DNA from: Felis catus
Taxonomy: Eukaryota
Length of the DNA: 64,000 nt
Reading direction: 5' to 3'
NCBI RefSeq assembly: GCF_018350175.1
Contig: NC_058368.1
Span: 211,856,001-211,920,000 of the forward strand
Shown one piece after another: positions 62,540-64,000 of the stretch. Both the position numbers and the translations under genes were made by a program. The stretch's first letter is position 1. The number at the start of each line of letters is the position of its first letter. A model generated the notes under the pieces. The model saw only the letters and a list, made by a program, of their open reading frames with translations, did no database searches and was not told the origin of the DNA.

Positions 62540-64000
62540 TTAGAAGAACACTTGGTAAATAATACAGTCAATGGATGTTGGCTGTCATTATCATTTTTTT
62601 TGTGTGTGTGTTTCCAATATGCCAGGTACTGGAATGTGTCGTTTATGAGGTGGTTTATGTACATTGTCCTCTTCTGCCCCCCACCCCCCCCATCTTTGTT
62701 ATTTTTCTAGATGATGAAGATTGGAGAAGTTGAATAACTTTATTGGGCAGTTATTTTGAGCCTGAGTCCTTCTACCCCTTACCAGGCACCCCCAATCCCC
62801 TCATCTCCCCTAGTTTTGGGGAACCACTAGTCTACTTTCTGTCTCTGTTGCCTGCGTATTTAAAATCCTTGGTTTAATAAGCTTTTCAGGAGATTCTGAT
62901 GCTCACTAAAGTTTAAGAAGCACTGGCCCTGATCAAACATTAGGATCAACCCAGGAGCTTTTAAAAAGTACCCGTTCCCCACCCCTCTTCCCAGATGTTC
63001 TGATTTACCTGGTCTGAGGGTGAAGCGCAGACATCAGTATTTTTTTAAAGCTCCGAAGAAAATTCTAATGTGTGGTAAATGTTGACAGCCAATGAATTAG
63101 TGTGAGCAGGTATTAATTAGCAATATTAGTCAATATTACTCTACAGTGGCAGCTCTTCCCAAGTAATTCTAACATGCAGCCAGGGCTGAGAACCGCTGCT
63201 CTCAATTGCCCCCTCTTTTCCTCTTGTGCTTTCTAAGGGAGATTGCACACTGGTTAGCATTATGTCAGGCTTGGAAACAGGATGCTGGGAGCTTTTCAAT
63301 TTCAAATGGCCCCAGGGAGCAGAGCAAAGTACCATGTGGGCATTTTCAGATTCAGATTCCAGATTCATTCTAAGTACAGGAGCACAAAGAAGCAAATATT
63401 AACTAATGGACTAATGTGGTAGCCAGGATGATGGAAACTTTTAGATTCAAATCACTAAATGATTTTGTCAGAAGAACCAATCTACTGGGATTAGTTTTGA
63501 GCCTTTCACACAGAATTGAACAGTTAATGATAGTTATAAAATAAGCCATAAAATCCAAATGAGTTTCTTTCCTTTCTGTGAACATACGAACTGGCTGGCT
63601 TCAAGTTCATTTGCTCGTGTGCCATCATCGTCAGTGCCTCTCATCAAAAGGATAGTGGTTGGACTTGTGTCTGGTTTCCCCTGATCACTTGTCTGGGATC
63701 TGACCTCTGGGATATTTATTTTCCTTTTCACCAAAACAGGACCCCACACTCAAATTCACAGGATGGCAGGCTTAGGATGTATATTGGCTTTTAAGCCCCT
63801 CACCATTCCTAAGGACAGAGGTGGCATTTGGGAAAGCTTTCTGAGGAAGAAAACACTGTCATGTAGAACAAGACATGAGATTTTCCTTCCTCTGGCTCAG
63901 AGCTGGCATATTCTTTGCTTTAGATATAGCCATCGTAATGCTGGAGGCTGTGTTCTCTTAGAGTTGCCTAAAATTTAAGGTCAATTTAGTGTCCCTTGGA

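Overview
Mammalian genomic DNA, almost certainly from a cat-family (Felidae) species, judged by the many tRNA-derived CAN-SINEs of the felid SINEC_Fc type. The window holds the conserved SLC45A2-RXFP3-ADAMTS12 block. It contains coding exons 2-7 of the melanosomal transporter SLC45A2 (+ strand; exon 1 lies upstream of the window), the single-exon relaxin-3 receptor RXFP3 (- strand, inside a CpG island), and the promoter and exons 1-2 of ADAMTS12 (+ strand). The rest is intronic or intergenic DNA rich in SINEs, L1/L2/MIR fragments, MaLR LTRs, DNA-transposon fossils and microsatellites. I see no evidence of a wholly new multi-gene system. The most interesting details: the RXFP3 orthologous start codon reads TTG with a tiny in-frame uORF just upstream; a near-consensus REST/NRSE silencer lies upstream of RXFP3; the stop-proximal SLC45A2 poly(A) signal appears lost; near-identical inverted SINEs flank an in-frame SLC45A2 exon 3-5 cassette; and there is a poly(A)-only retroinsertion plus a triplicated SINE target site. 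Comparisons with human and other orthologues and repeat subfamily names come from memory and need checking by alignment.
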